Shown: positions 38,208 through 52,416 of the stretch, piece by piece
Layout of the letters: each line of letters begins with the position of its first letter
Numbering within the stretch: position 1 is the stretch's first letter
Origin: Antedon mediterranea
Lineage: Eukaryota > Animalia > Echinodermata
Direction of reading: 5' to 3'
Assembly: GCF_964355755.1 (NCBI RefSeq)
Contig: NC_092671.1
Location: 15,748,001-15,812,000, forward strand
DNA: 64,000 nt
The notes under the pieces: model-generated
What the model was told of the DNA's origin: nothing
The model's database searches: none
The model's input: the letters and a program-made list of their open reading frames with translations, nothing else
Position numbers and translations under genes: made by a program

Positions 38208-38877
38208 ATATTCTGATTTCAACTCACTGCATAATATGAGACGTGAAAGTGTGATTGTAAAACTAAAGCGAAGCTTTAGCACCCATGGAATACCAAGTTT
38301 GTTAATATCCAATCCAATGGCCTTGCAGAAAATGCTGTCAAGCAAGCAAAAGCTCTTCTAGAAAAAACAAGACAGGATGGTTCTGATATCTATCTCAACC
38401 TGTTGAATCTGAGAAACGTGCCACGTGACAATGACCTCCAATCACCAACACAAAGACTTATGTCATGGACAACCAGAAGCACTGTGTATACAGCTAAACC
38501 TCTATTGAAACCTAGAGCCCTTCAAACCAAAAGAGTTAGTAATGCACTTTCAAAAAAGAGAATAAACAATATCATGACAAAACTGCCAAGTCGTTGAAAC
38601 CGCTAACAAAGAACAGCCAAGATCATATGAAGTGCAGCTACCACAAACAATCCAAAGAAACAGACAGCACTTGCTTGCGGTAAAAGAACAACCATCAAAC
38701 ACCGCAACAGAAACTGAATCAACCATGAACGAACCTGAAGATAACACATACATGGAACCAACTCAACATAATGCACACATGACAGATGACCAAGAGAAAG
38801 AATTTCTCCCAAACATACAGACAAGAAGTGGCAGACTTGTCAAAACGCCAGCATACCTTAAAGACTATGAATGGTAA
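38208..38877 (+). mobile_element. Gypsy/Ty3 LTR retrotransposon remnant (integrase C-terminal half)
   Basis: Frameshifted peptides FSTHGIP, SNGLAENAVKQAK, LLNLRNVP..SPTQRLM, TRSGRLVKTPAYLKDY*. Confidence 0.75.
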
Positions 38878-41096
38878 CGCCATAAGGGCAGAATAATCCC
38901 TTGTTACCAGGATCGACCTTAGGATAGTCGATCCACCCAAAGGTCAAAGTTCTATTATTGCCTTCAAGAACGATTGTTGAAATTTGTTTTGTTTTTATCG
39001 TTGGTGTACAGTACTTTTCTGTAATTGTTTTTTAAATATTATAATGACAATATCATATTAACAAATGTTATTAGGCCTTAAACCAATACACCATTGAAAC
39101 TGTTAAGCATATTGAATCAGTGTGATCTGCTATCAGTCACACTGATTAAATGCTATTGAAAGGAAGGAAAGATAACATCGATGTTCTTAAAGTCATTTTC
39201 ATTGTTTATTAAAGTTGTTTATCATACGGGTCACGACATGCCGTCATACGATACCTCGACACGCACATGATCGTAAGAGTTAAAATAATAAACTGATTAG
39301 TATTAAAGCATCATTTGGTCTACTCATCTTATTTCTACAATAGTATGGGACAAAATTGTCCCATACTTCAAGATTCATTGATGTTGATTTCATCTTTTTG
39401 TCAATCACAGAACAAGAACCTAAGCCAATACGTGAGGCGGAAGAAGAAAAGAAAATTTACAGTTAGTTCATTATTAATTATTATGATCAATTTGGGCCAT
39501 ACAGTCAGTGCCAGACAATTAGATGTCGCGCAATATTTAGTAAAACGATTGGTGAATGTAATTATTTACGGTAAAACTGTAAACTTAATGGAAATTTTTA
39601 ATGTAAGCATTAAAATAGACTCTAATACACTGATTTTTTTTAAAGCTAGATTTTATGCAAACAGAGCAGATGCTAATAGGGTTATGGAATATAAATAATA
39701 CACACAACATACATAAGTTGTGCACAAATCACTCGCCCTTCCCGGATGTAAAATTCATTTTAAATCAGAATATTTGTTATAATAGGTCTTGTATTTAAAA
39801 AACAAATCATAGCTATATAAAAGTACCATCACGTGGAATAGCTGCCAAATTACATGTCGACTTACAAAAGCGGCAAAACAGGAGGATGAGGATGGAGCAC
39901 TGTAAATAATGTAGAAACATCGAGGAGCTCAATATCAAATGGCATGGAACTACCGCAGGAAATCGCGTTGGGATGTCAAAATTCTAAATTTCTAAAATGA
40001 CATAAAATGGTACATTGGACTACGGTATGTAAAGGATGCGTCGCGTTGTTCATGATTTTATTTATTATTAGTGCAATACCGTAACGTTTTTCAATTATGC
40101 AAATTTTTTCGATAGGTTTTATTCATTCGAATTTTAACACAAATGCATGCATATTTTATTTTCTAACCTTTCTAACATATAACTGTTAGTATTAATATAT
40201 TAAAAGGTATGCTTAATGAGATATATTAAAACACAGTTTACATTGGGCCTCATTTTAGTGGAATTGCATAACGGTACAACAAATCTATATATTGTCGACA
40301 AGGTAAGTAATTTTTTAAAAATTCATATCTATATTTAGATAACTTTAGTCCATTTTTTTTAAAGCTACACATTTATTCACAATTACATTTACAATATTTA
40401 TAGTATCAGTTTGGTAACCATTTAAATGCATTTAAATGTACGGTGCATTCATGCCATTGCCAGAAAACATTAAAAAAATGATGTACAAAAAAACAAAAAC
40501 AACATGGGTCGCCCATGACCGTTTAGCACCTCCCTGTGGGGAAAAGCGGGAAATTCACATAAAGCGCGACCACAATCTAAGTGACCACCACAGGTTAGGC
40601 ATAAAAGGACACGAGACTGTTTGTTCCCCGGAGGCACTATACCGATTATGAGCGACTCAGTAGGCCTATAATATGCATAATATTTATGTTTATTTCCCCA
40701 CCCTACCTTTTTTTAGTATGTACTCAATATCATTTCTTTAGTTTCTTTTTTTAACAGAGTATTAGGATTTTAATTTATTGGTTTTATAGAGCGCGTTTCA
40801 AATATTTGGTCCGTTAATGAATATGGATCTATGACTTTATTGCAAGTCTGGAGAATGGTATGCACATTTTCGTTGAAATTCTAAGGGTTTTTTGCGCGTT
40901 CACTTTTTTTTACTTTGATCAAGATTTGACACAATTAGAGAGGTAATTTTCGAAGATGATATTGAGTCATGAAATATATTGCCTGTAACTTGTTTTTAAC
41001 GGTTCGAGATAAACTGTTTTTATACAGTAGGCCTACAGACAATTCCGTTTGTATACTTATGTCTTATATTCACATTTCTTAGATTTCTCTCTGCGA

Positions 41097-41164
41097 TGTT
41101 TCGATTGTCAACTATTCTAATATTCATGTTTTGTATGAAAGCGTCGAATTTTCTGGCGCAGCAG
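41097..41164 (+). pseudogene. Paralogous signal-peptide exon (MFRLSTILIFMF.., 1-bp frameshift)
   Basis: Aligns to 46937-47000; AG/GTAAG splice sites; matching upstream UTR exon at ~40259-40302. Confidence 0.55.
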
Positions 41165-41299
41165 GTAAGAATATCGTAATTTCTTTAAAAATGCTGTGTT
41201 TACAGGTATTAAAGAGTTTTCAACTTTTTATATTCTGCCAATTAGTGACAATTTTCAAAAATGTCAAGATAAGTTACAAATTACAATTACAGATTATTT

Positions 41300-42590
41300 T
41301 TTCCTCCATGGTCTGACTGAAGGTCATCATCATCAAAGACTATGATGGCAGACCAATATTTTTTACAGATCGCATAAGTCTCTACACTATTCCATGGAAT
41401 GCTGTGCATTAGAGCACTACCATCTAGAATGTAGAATGTGTTAGACTATTCATTGTTTCCATATGGCATCATGTTGGTTTATTAGCTGAAAGTATTGTAA
41501 GTTGGTTGTTTCAAAAAGTGCTGGTGGATAACAAAGTTCATGTTCAAAAACTTCCTTGTTGTCACCTCGAGTTTCCTCTGGAACTGTAGGATCGATGCAC
41601 ACATATTTGCCTCTATGTACTTTATTGCCAGGATCTTGAATACATTGCAAGACTTTCCGTCCAAAATATTCAATGCTTAATACCACATTGCCAATATTCC
41701 GAGTCACCTGCAGTAACTCCCGTGTCAATGGTATGAAGTCTCTGAGTCGTAACCAAATGGATTTTTTAATTGCTATTGTGTTCCTGACGTGTGACCATAC
41801 GTTCTTATGTTGGCCGCTGCTGGAGTAACGCCCTGATACTATTGCGAGGCATTACATTCAGCGCAGATTTGGTCTGGATGTACTCATTCCTAAATCTCTT
41901 GTTTTCTTTGAGGCTTCTCATAGAAACCTTTTCAATCACCAGGTCTGTTGACAATCCAGCCCAGATGGTCCGAACGTCATACAACATGGAGGTCATTGTC
42001 AAACTGCTGTTGAACATCTTTGTATTTCTACTGGTTAAAAAATAGTTAAAATACTTACACATCCCAATATAAATACTGTAACCATGGCAACACAAATGCC
42101 ATCTGGAAAAAATGGAATGTAGATCATCCAGAAGCAACAGGAACAGGAACTCATCTGCATCTTTAGCTGGTCATGTGTATCGCTTTTTTAACTGAAATGT
42201 TCACCCCAGGGTATTGTTGTTTACAGCGAAAACCACATTTTTAGCCAAAATTGACACATTATGTTGCGTTTTCCGAAAAAAATGACATGCTAAATAAAAT
42301 GTTATGACTATAAGTTTGATATCACTGAATAGGAAATTTAATAAGCTTTCGGATGAAATAAATCACACTTGTATATAATGTATTTCAAATGGTTAAATAT
42401 ATGTAATTAATGGGGCATATTAATTTTGACTTCAAATAACCTTTATTGACCTCTGACCCCTTGACACAATGCTTGGATTTTCGGTGACTTTTAGTATGTC
42501 GTTCTACACTTTATATGGAATTCAAATATACTTGCTTTGTTACTATTGCAATTTGTGGTGGGTATATCATTAGATTGACTGGACTATATA
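41300..42590 (-). mobile_element. Degenerate DNA transposon remnant, superfamily undetermined
   Basis: Peptides WAGLSTDLVIE..MRSLK and FEHELCYPPALFE recall widespread invertebrate TE-derived proteins; ends uncertain. Confidence 0.5.
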
Positions 42591-42719
42591 CCCAGGGAAG
42601 AGTGATATACCAATGAGTGTGATTTTTTAGGGTTAATTAGCTGCTTGTAGGCTATTTTTTTATATTTCATTTCATTTTAATACAAACAATATTTTTCAAT
42701 TCCAAATTTAAAACATTAA

Positions 42720-45314
42720 AGATGTATTGTCCCCCTGAAAACATTTTTTTTTTAATATTTTTGTTGAATAGGCCATTTTAATTGCACATAAAAGTTATTC
42801 ACTTTGAACTGAAATTGGATCGAAAAAAAAATGTTTTACTCGAGAAAATCGTAATTTAAAGCAAAAATTAACCAACCGGAAGCTATTTGTCTGGAAGACA
42901 AACGTGTTCCGGTTTAATTTAACCCTTGACCTGAGTTAGCTCATAAATATTCATATTGTATGGATACATCTTGTGGATGATGGTTCTCTCAACAAACAGC
43001 CAACAACGCGACGATAGCAATGCATAGAGAGAGTCGAGTAGTGACGCGAGACGATCTTGAAGAAAACACGAAAACTATAGCTAGCAGAATACTAAGTAGA
43101 ACTGCAGTTGGTAACTTTGATGTTGAATCTTATTCATTTAGGTGAGTTTTTGTTTCGCTAGCAGGAGAGGCCTAGCTAGGCCTAGGCCCTAGGCCCGAGT
43201 TTTCTGCTACTGTATACTAGTCTACTACATACTAGTAGGCCTAGTACTAACTAGCACAACCACATGGCAGGCAGTCTCGAGTAGCCTTACTGCTGCCTCC
43301 TGTTTCTATAAGTAGAGGTAGTAGGCCTAGGCTAGGCAGTACACTACTAGCTAGGGCTAGACCACCACCAGGAGGGATGTATTTTTTTTTTATAATTTTG
43401 TTTGGCATCCTGATAAATTGGTTTAATTTGTTAGGATTTCAACTATCTATTCAGCAGAGAAAATTACCAAATAAATCTAAATATTGTTTTGAATGTTTAC
43501 TGTACAGTATTTTAAAAATATTTTCTGCATCAAATGCAATAGGTTCAAATCAACATTTGCACAATTAACCATTTTATGCAGATATTTGACACAATTTTCT
43601 TCTTTTTTTTCAGGTATTAACATTGATTGAACAATAAGAGCAAGTGAAGTAGTGAGAAACACAAAATGTATCGGCAACATTCACAATTTATTGAAACATT
43701 TCTTACTATTAAAATGACACTTTGTAATGGATATGAGCGATCTTAGAAGACTATAGCTGCCGTAATTACTGCCACAATCAACACATTGATATTAGTAGAC
43801 AAATTGACACAAAAAACAATACAGGAATTCAATAAGATATACTGTAACTGTATATAGGCCTATATATATTTTTTATTAACTCCTTTTGCAATGTAATATT
43901 TACAGTAACATTATGAAGTGTAAGTAAAATTGAAGAATTTATTCTGTGTACTGTTGTAGTAGTATTTTTTATTTATTGAATGTTATGTTTACAAAATAAT
44001 ATACTGTACAAATATTATTGCTTTATAAAAAAAATTATACAACATTTTACAAGCTGAACAGGAACATATTGGCCGAATGCAGCATCACAAATATTTTTCT
44101 TGCAATATCCAATCATATACAGAGTCTATCATCAGTTGTCTTTATGAAGTACAAATGTGACCTCTGTTCCAGTCTTCATCAGCTCAACGTCTTTAAATAA
44201 AAATGTTTAAATAATGATGTATAAATAAGTTAAATATTTCACAAAATCTAAAGTTTTTAATTTCGGCAAAGTACGAAAACCTGGAATTTGGTATTTATAA
44301 ATAGGTCTAGATCATGCACATTTAGTGCAAAATGTGGGCTAGTGAAATTGCTTGCTTTGACAAATAAGTACACTAACTTTCTATGGTAAAACACATTACA
44401 ACTAAGACTTAATAAAGAGAAAACAAATATTTGACTTACTAAAGTACAGAGTTACATGGTAAAGAACAGTAGTTTGTGTGGTAAAATGGCTAAGCTGGCT
44501 TTTCCCCTCTGTCTACTTGTACAGTGCTGCTGGAGGAAGGTTCTCAACTTCAGCCTTGTAAGTTGTATTGTAACCATTTTCCCTGAAAAAATGTTTGTTT
44601 TATTTTTATCATAAAAACTAGTTAAACAAGATTCAACTGTAAATTATGTATATGGTACAGCAGGCTGGCTGTATTTTCGGATTGATGGCCTAGCCTAGGC
44701 CAGTCTATGAAGAGTACAATGTATAGGGCCTAGCTGGGCATTTTCTGCAGAGACCCGATTGTCCCAGCAGCCTGCCTCCTCTACTACTACTACTACTACT
44801 AGCCTAGGCCTATGCATGTATTATTCTAGGCCTAGCCCTGAAAAAATCCCAGGCTAAGTTAATTAATTACCTTCCTGTTATTACAAACGTCTGTCTAGTT
44901 TGCGTTATATATATAATTATTATATTTAAAATAACCGTCTAGGCCTACTTACCGACAAATTAACAGCTTAGCTTTACATACGATCAGGGGAAACCCCCAG
45001 TCGAGTCGCGTCGTCGATCTGTGGGTGTTGTGTACACAACGTGCATCATCCATGTTTGTTAGATCAGATCCCAGCTGTGTCGATGCTCATTAACATATCA
45101 TGCATATTTATGAGTTAGCTCTATCGGCCTAAATTTTGAGCTGACAAGTTGGGAAAATTGATTAACTTATTTTGCTTTTTTCTTAGCGAAATTAATAATT
45201 TTTTCGGATTTTTTTTCGGCGAAAGTGAACAACTTTATTATAGCTACAATATGGTCTATTCAAAATTTGATTTAATTGATCTTCATTTTTCATGTTTTGG
45301 GGGACAATACAACT
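42720..45314. mobile_element. Non-autonomous Kolobok-like DNA transposon
   Basis: TTAA on both sides; TIR AGATGTATTGTCCCC / GGGGACAATACAACT starting with purines; convergent splice donors at ~43142 (+) and ~44952 (-). Confidence 0.75.
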
Positions 45315-45622
45315 TTAACAGAAATTTAAAGATTCTATAAAGCTTACATAGACAGTTTTGAACATCACTCGCATTTCCCGGATGTAGGAACTATTACCGT
45401 ACCGTAGCAAATTGAGTTGGGATTTCAGGCAGAACTCACTGATTCTAATCTCTGACATATAAATTGTATATAATAAATCTAATAAATAAAGATCAAAACT
45501 ATATGTGGCTTTTTTTCTTATATTTCTATTCATAAACTTTTTACAAAATACGACTTGAAAACCTGAGTCAACTTAATTGTTTGCACTGTGTACTAGAGAG
45601 TCACTCTTGTTTTTAAAATATT

Positions 45623-46398
45623 TTTTTAGTCGCGTGGACGCGACTCTATATAATAGTTCACTATGTCGGTCGGTCTGTTTGTCGGTCTGTCTGTCGGTCT
45701 GTCGGTCTGTCTGTCGGTCCGGTATCACTATGCGTGTTATCGCTTTCTGACCTTATCTTGATATCAGTTTAATCTAGCTAAGTCAATTTTTCACAGTATA
45801 TTCCTTATGGCCAGGAATCGATGTGGTTATGTTTTCACGGTGCGCAATAAAAAATTACGCGGTCTACGCACGATTTAACGAAATCACGTTTGTAATCATA
45901 TCTTCACAACCATGAATCACAATTAAATAAAATTTGGTACTCATAAATTTCAGGGCATAAATCATCATATGGCAATACAATTACGTGCGTAGCGCATGTA
46001 ACGCATGCGTACGCGCGCTTAAAATTTTCAAAATTTATTTTCGATGAAATAAGAGTACGTTTCGGGCAATTTTAAGCGTTTACAAAATTGCCATGAGTGC
46101 GCAGATTTTTGCGCGCGCACTGCGCGTTAAATGTTATTACACACTCTTTTTGCCCGATTTCTGTTTTCTTGACTTACTTTTCAACTAGAAATTACGTTAT
46201 ACGAGCACGTCAAAAGTGACAGGCTACGCACGTGTAAATTAAAAAAATATAAATGTTTTTAAACATTTCAACATTTTTAAACATGTTCAGTAATTTCGGT
46301 CAGTATAGTTCACTATGTCGGTCTGTCTGTCGGTCTGTCTGTCGGTCCGGTATCACTATGCATTGTATCATACGACTTAATGGCTGTTGGCCTTGTTT
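45623..46398 (+). mobile_element. HINE/DINE-1-like element, copy 2
   Basis: Reverse complement of 19773-20505. Confidence 0.7.
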
Positions 46399-46936
46399 TA
46401 AATTACCTCAATCGAATTAAAGTGGGAAGCGCAAACATCATCGATAAATATTGATTGTCAGCATATGTTGTTTAGAAGAGTCACCTTCTATAAAAAAAGG
46501 TTGTTAAACAAAAAATAAATGAAAAAAAAAAGAATAATTAAATAATAATTAATTAAAGAATAAATGGTATGTAATTTATTTGGCGTTTTATTATTCGAAT
46601 TCTAAAACAGATGTATGTATATTTGTATTGCTAATCTTTCTATTATAACAGTTAGTGTTAATATATTTAAACTTATGCGTGATGAGATAATAAATACCAG
46701 TTTACATGGTCCACACCTTTTAGTCTACGGAGAGCTTGCGTAACGATACAAATTACCTGTATTAACGACTAAGGTGAGTAAACATTCTATTCAGATCTAA
46801 TTAACAGTTTACATATTTACATTATTCTATGTTTTCAATATTGTTGTATTTGTGATCTATATTGTCATCATTCTTAACTTTTAAAATATTTGTTTTTCTT
46901 CACTTAATCCTCTTAATATAGACTTCTTTCTCCAAG

Positions 46937-49900
46937 ATGTTTCGATTGTCAGTTATTCTATTTATGTTTTTGTATGTAACCGTCGAGTTGTCTAGCGCAG
47001 GTTAGTGAGAGTTACAGTTAAATCGTATTCTGGCAATTTAGACATAACCTACCAAAAGCTGAGGTTCGGTCAAGATGATTTACTGATATTATTATACATA
47101 TATACGTATTTGGCCTACCTGGTCCAACTACTGAATAAACCGAAGGTTTGGTATAATAATAATAATATTAATTTGTAGTTAAATTGATTAATATTTCACA
47201 TTTAAAATGTTACCTTTGTATCGCTAGCCAATCCATGTGATTACGGTGATGTGGAAGATGGAAATGTTAAATGTAGTAAGTCTTTACAATGATTAATCGT
47301 GTAGTCATATTTTGTAACCCATCCGCGGCCGTCGACGCACTACATCAATTTTTCTTTTTCGACCTTGATGGGAGCAAACATTGCTTTTCGCAATCATGTA
47401 GGTGCCTAATAAAGTATGGACCAGCATTAATCATATCTTTGATTATCTTGATAATAAAAGTTCTGTTATTATGATTTTTATCTATGTTTTTATTCTATTA
47501 GTCAATCCATGTGATGAAGGGGACAAATGTTTGGAATTTAGTAACACGGAATGTATGTTCATATATAGTATTAGTAGCATTGGATGTCAATCGATTAGGC
47601 GACGAAGTGATGGTGGTAAGTCGTTATAATGGTAATGAATAGGCCTATATAATAATATAGCCACCATCAATAGTCCCCTGTCAATGACAGGAGACACTCT
47701 TATATAATATAATAATATAGATATTTTTTCGATAGTTCTAGCTTCATTGATGCCGACTTTTTTTTTTTCATAGGAGATCCATGTGAGGGCGACCCATGTG
47801 GGCAACACCGATGTCTTTCCGAAGATGGATTTTATATCTGTATTGAGTCACTTGGAAGTAAGTTGTTCATATGTGTAACAACCTCTACTGTTGGGCGTAG
47901 GTTTCACTTGAACGATCAAATAAACAATCTCAGACAACTTGTAACGCATCAAACACTTTATTCAATTCTCAATGGCGATGGCCATGGCAACTTTCCGATG
48001 TGATGAAGATCACGAAAATGACGCTGATGATGATCAGCTATTGAATAAAGACTGACTTTACTGATGGTGATGATGGTTTCAAGTTTGTATCTCTTCTAGA
48101 TAGACCTACGCATAGAACACATTATCTTTGTGAGCGGACATATTAGACAACTTTTAATTATAGAGGGCGCTAAACTAACAGGTGACCCAGAGCCATATAT
48201 ATAAATATAATTATGGCTCTGAGGTGACCGTAACATCCCGGCCCCTTAAAGGCGATTAAATCGAACCTTTACTATATATATACATATGTTACGGGTAACG
48301 ACAAACAATAAAAGGTAATAAGTCAATAAGTCTCTTATAAAGTTCACATAAGTCAAAATTCAAATATATCACTGGCAAACATCTCACAATGTGCATGTCT
48401 AATCATTTCCGTTGACTTCTAGAAGTATGATCTTAGTGATTGATCTTACTAGAGTTCCAACCGACGTTTTCAATCTCACAGAACGCACCATTCCATCTGA
48501 ATCATTCTGGAGCACTTCTATCACTCGAGCAAGCGGCCACGAGCATCGTGGAACCGATGGGTCATGAACCAAAACACAATGTCGCCATTCGCAACATTCT
48601 GCTGTTTCTTACACATCTGACGCCTTTGTTATTGGTCTCCCATTCACTATCGTTTCGACTTCACAGAAAAGCGTCTGCAATGTTTCATCGTTGATTGTTT
48701 GTTCTTCCATCAGCGAGCTGAGCACCTTGCGTACCGTGCGAATGCATCTTTCCCAAACCCCGCCTTGATGGGAAGCTGCCGGAGGATTGAATTTCCATTT
48801 CACGTGATTCTCCTAGAGGTACTGGTGTATCTGTCCTTGATTCCAATCATTAATGGCCGACCAAAGCTCCATAACAAAATTTCTTCCATTGTCAGACCGG
48901 ATATGCTTCGGTACGCCTCTCCTAACGAAACGTCGATAAGCATTTAAGAATGAGTTTGTGTCCAATGATGATGCGACTTCCAGATGCACTGCTCTGATTG
49001 ATAAGCAGGTAAAAATCACTCCATATCTTTTCAGTACTGATCTAGCATTTTTAACCTTAAATGGTCCAAAGCAATCAATCCCCACAAAGGTAAAAGGCGG
49101 GTGGGCTGGTGTAACTCTCTCAGCTGGCAGATCAGCCATTTTCTGATGTGCTGTCGGAGCATTTCTTCTTCTGCATTGAACGCATTTCCTACTGATCCCT
49201 TTGATCATTGTTCGTCCTCCTACTGGCCAGTAAATTTGCCTCAGCTCAGATAGAACATGATTCACGCCTGAGTGCCCAGTACAGTTGTGGTAGTGTCTTA
49301 AGATGAGTATAGTCAGATCACTGGACTTTGGTAGTATGATTTGATGTTTCAGATCTTCACTAACATTGGCCATACTCAGTCGACCTCCAACCTTCAATAC
49401 ACCATTTTCTAATTTCGGGTCCAACTTAATTAGTGGACTAGTTGACTTTATTGTCTTGCCTGTCTCTAAGCTTCTGAATTCCTCAGAATACGAACGCTTC
49501 TGGGCACGTCTGATGAGTACCAGTTCTGCCTCCTTCAGTTCATCTACTGAGAGAGGTTCCACTCACTCAGTGTCTTCCAACTTGAAAACTGTGAAGTTAC
49601 GTTAGTTTATCCAGAGTGGTGTTGATTTCTGCCACAACTAACGCTGTTACGGCCTTCACTTCAGGGTCATTCATTCTGAGGGCGAGATCGTCTGACATCT
49701 CTGGCCACTAGGAATCATTTTGTGTGCGAAAATTTTGAACCGCAATACCACATTTCACTCATCATCATTTCCTCTGCCGTCATCCCACGGGAAGCTAGGT
49801 CGGCCGAATTTTCAGCTGAATTCACGAACCTCCATTGGTCCTTGTTCGTCCTACTTAGGATTGCCGAAACTCGATTTCCCACGTATGTTTTGAACCTGGT

Positions 49901-52377
49901 TTTGTCGTTGCTCAGATATCTGAGCACACATGTGCTGTCGGTCCAGCACACGGACTGGTCAATTTTAATTTCCTTAAGCTCTTCTCTTATCATTGTGTCC
50001 AAGCGTGCTGATAACAGTGCAGCCTTCAACTCCAGTCTGGGAATTGTTTGAGCTTTAAGAGGAGCCAATCTGGACTTTGCTGCAACAAGGGTGCGGTTTA
50101 CGTTGCCAGATTCATCCTTCTGGTAGAGATATGATGCTGCTCCGTAACTTGTGGATGACGCATCTCCTAAGCTATGCAGTTCACGACGTACTACGGTCCC
50201 AAACTCTGCAGATTTGTAGCATCGTTGAATTCGAATAGTCTCCAACTTCTTCAGATCGGATAGCCACTGTTGCCATCTAGTCTTATATTCAATTGAGATT
50301 GTTGAATCCCAATCATAACCAAGTCGACAGAGCTCCTGCATCAATAACTTTGCCTTGAGGATAAACGGTGATACCAGCCCTAACGGGTCAAATACAGACG
50401 AAACAACTGACAGGATACCCCTTCGAGTCGCAGGCTTTGTTGTTGGAGATATGGTATATCCCAAGCTATCTTCACTGACAAACCAGCGAACACCCAAGGC
50501 ACGTTGCTGGTCTCCACCACATAAGGAAACTGAGTTTGGATCTTCCTTATCTCTCAGCGTGCTCACTAGTTTACTCGAGTTTGAAACCCATTTCGTCAGG
50601 TTGAAGCCTCCTCTTGCCAGCAACTGTTTTACTTGAATGGCTATATCAATAGCACATTGTTCGTCGTCTGTCGCATATAGAAGATCGTCAACATAAAAAT
50701 GCCTATCTGCTATCTGCGTGATTATTGGATCGTAGTCCTTTCCATGGTCCTTTATCGTTTTCTTCAACGCAAAGTTGGCGCAACTTGGAGATGATCGGAC
50801 ACCAAACAGGTGCACTAGCATCTGGTATTCCTGTGGTGCCTTCTTCAGATCTCCCATTTCCCACCACAAGTAGCGGAGAAAGTCTGAGTCCTGTTCCTTT
50901 ACCTTGACCTGGTAAAACATTTTCTCAATATCGGCACAAGAGGCAACTGGAGAGCTACGGAATCTCATTAAAACTCCAACTAATGAATTGGTAAGGTCTG
51001 GTCCCTGGTTTAACTTGTCATTTAGGCATACTCCGTGAAACTTGGCAGAGCAGTCAAACACAACCCTTAGCTTTCCCGGTTTCTGCGGGTGTAAAACTGG
51101 GTGGTGCGGAAGATACCATTTTGGAATTGATCCATCGATGACCTCCGAAACCTTCCTTGTCCACTAACGTTTCCATAAATTCTGTGTACTTTCTGTGGGT
51201 GTCTGCAACGTTTCGAGTCGGCGCTCGGCCAATACACGATTGTTTGGTAATGTTGATGGGGAAGCCTTCCAAGGCATAGCAACATGGTAATGTCCATCAT
51301 TGTATGTCACAGATTCCTCCATACTTGTTAATGCCTTCAATTCTTCTAACCGCTTCAAGTCTTCCTGTCTTCTAGCCACAGATCCCATACTACTACGAGA
51401 ATTGGATGTCTTTGCCTTCCCTGCCACAGGCTGTACTACTTCCTTCTGCTTCCGACTTTCTATTTTCTGCATAAACAGTTTTTTCACAAAACCAATCATT
51501 GTCATGATCTTTCAGGGCATCTTCGTTAAGTGTGTTGCAATATTGGTCATTAGCCAGGATGATTGCTTCATAAGAAGTAATCCACTTTGTGTATCGTAAT
51601 CTTGATTCTGTCACTGGCGGATTCTCATTCATATAGTTTCTCAGCTCCTCCGAACCTTTCTGTAGGTTCTTCCAGGCTATACCAAGAGCTTTATACTTCA
51701 TTTCGGTAGCATATTCTTGTCCCTTGATAGTGGACTTGCGTTCTCGTTCATCTGATAACGCCATCGTACTTTAGAATATAAACTTGAAACTGTAACAGCC
51801 TCTACTGTTGGGCGTAGGTTTCACTTGAACGATCAAATAAACAATCTTTAGGTAACTTGTAATGCATCAAACACTTTATTCAATCTCAATGGCAATGGCC
51901 ATGGCAACTTGCCGATGTGGTGAAAATCACGATAATGACGCTGATGATGATCAGCTATTGAATAAAGACTGACTTTACTGATGGTGATGATGGTTTCAAG
52001 TTTGTATCTCTTCTAGATAGACCTACGCATAGAACACATTATCTTTGTGAGCGGACATATTAGACAACTTTTAATTATAGAGGGCACTAAACTAACAGGT
52101 GAGCCGTACCAATATGACTGTGATATAGATTTATGCAATCATCACGGACTCGATACTTTTGTTTCATTGATTTTAACCATCCTAAAGTGGAACCCCTCTT
52201 TTGAGCACCCCTAATAAGGAAGAAGGGGACAGTTTATGGTGGTTATATCACAAAACAATAAACGACCAACCACAATTCAGGAAACATTCCTCAATAAGGG
52301 AGCAGATTGTTTTATTCCCGAAGATAAGTCTCCTTAACAGTGGCTCTACTGCATAAAATAGCCTAATAAGCTTTAAA

Positions 52378-52416
<39 letters not shown>

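Noticed and set aside
38880-39300. Gypsy 3' LTR after the purine tract at ~39157 and a hairpin at ~39114-39147
   Set aside because: No TG start or partner LTR in the window, so the boundaries cannot be supported.
39315-39698. 127-aa AT-rich ORF
   Set aside because: Non-ATG start, low-complexity composition, no recognisable motif.
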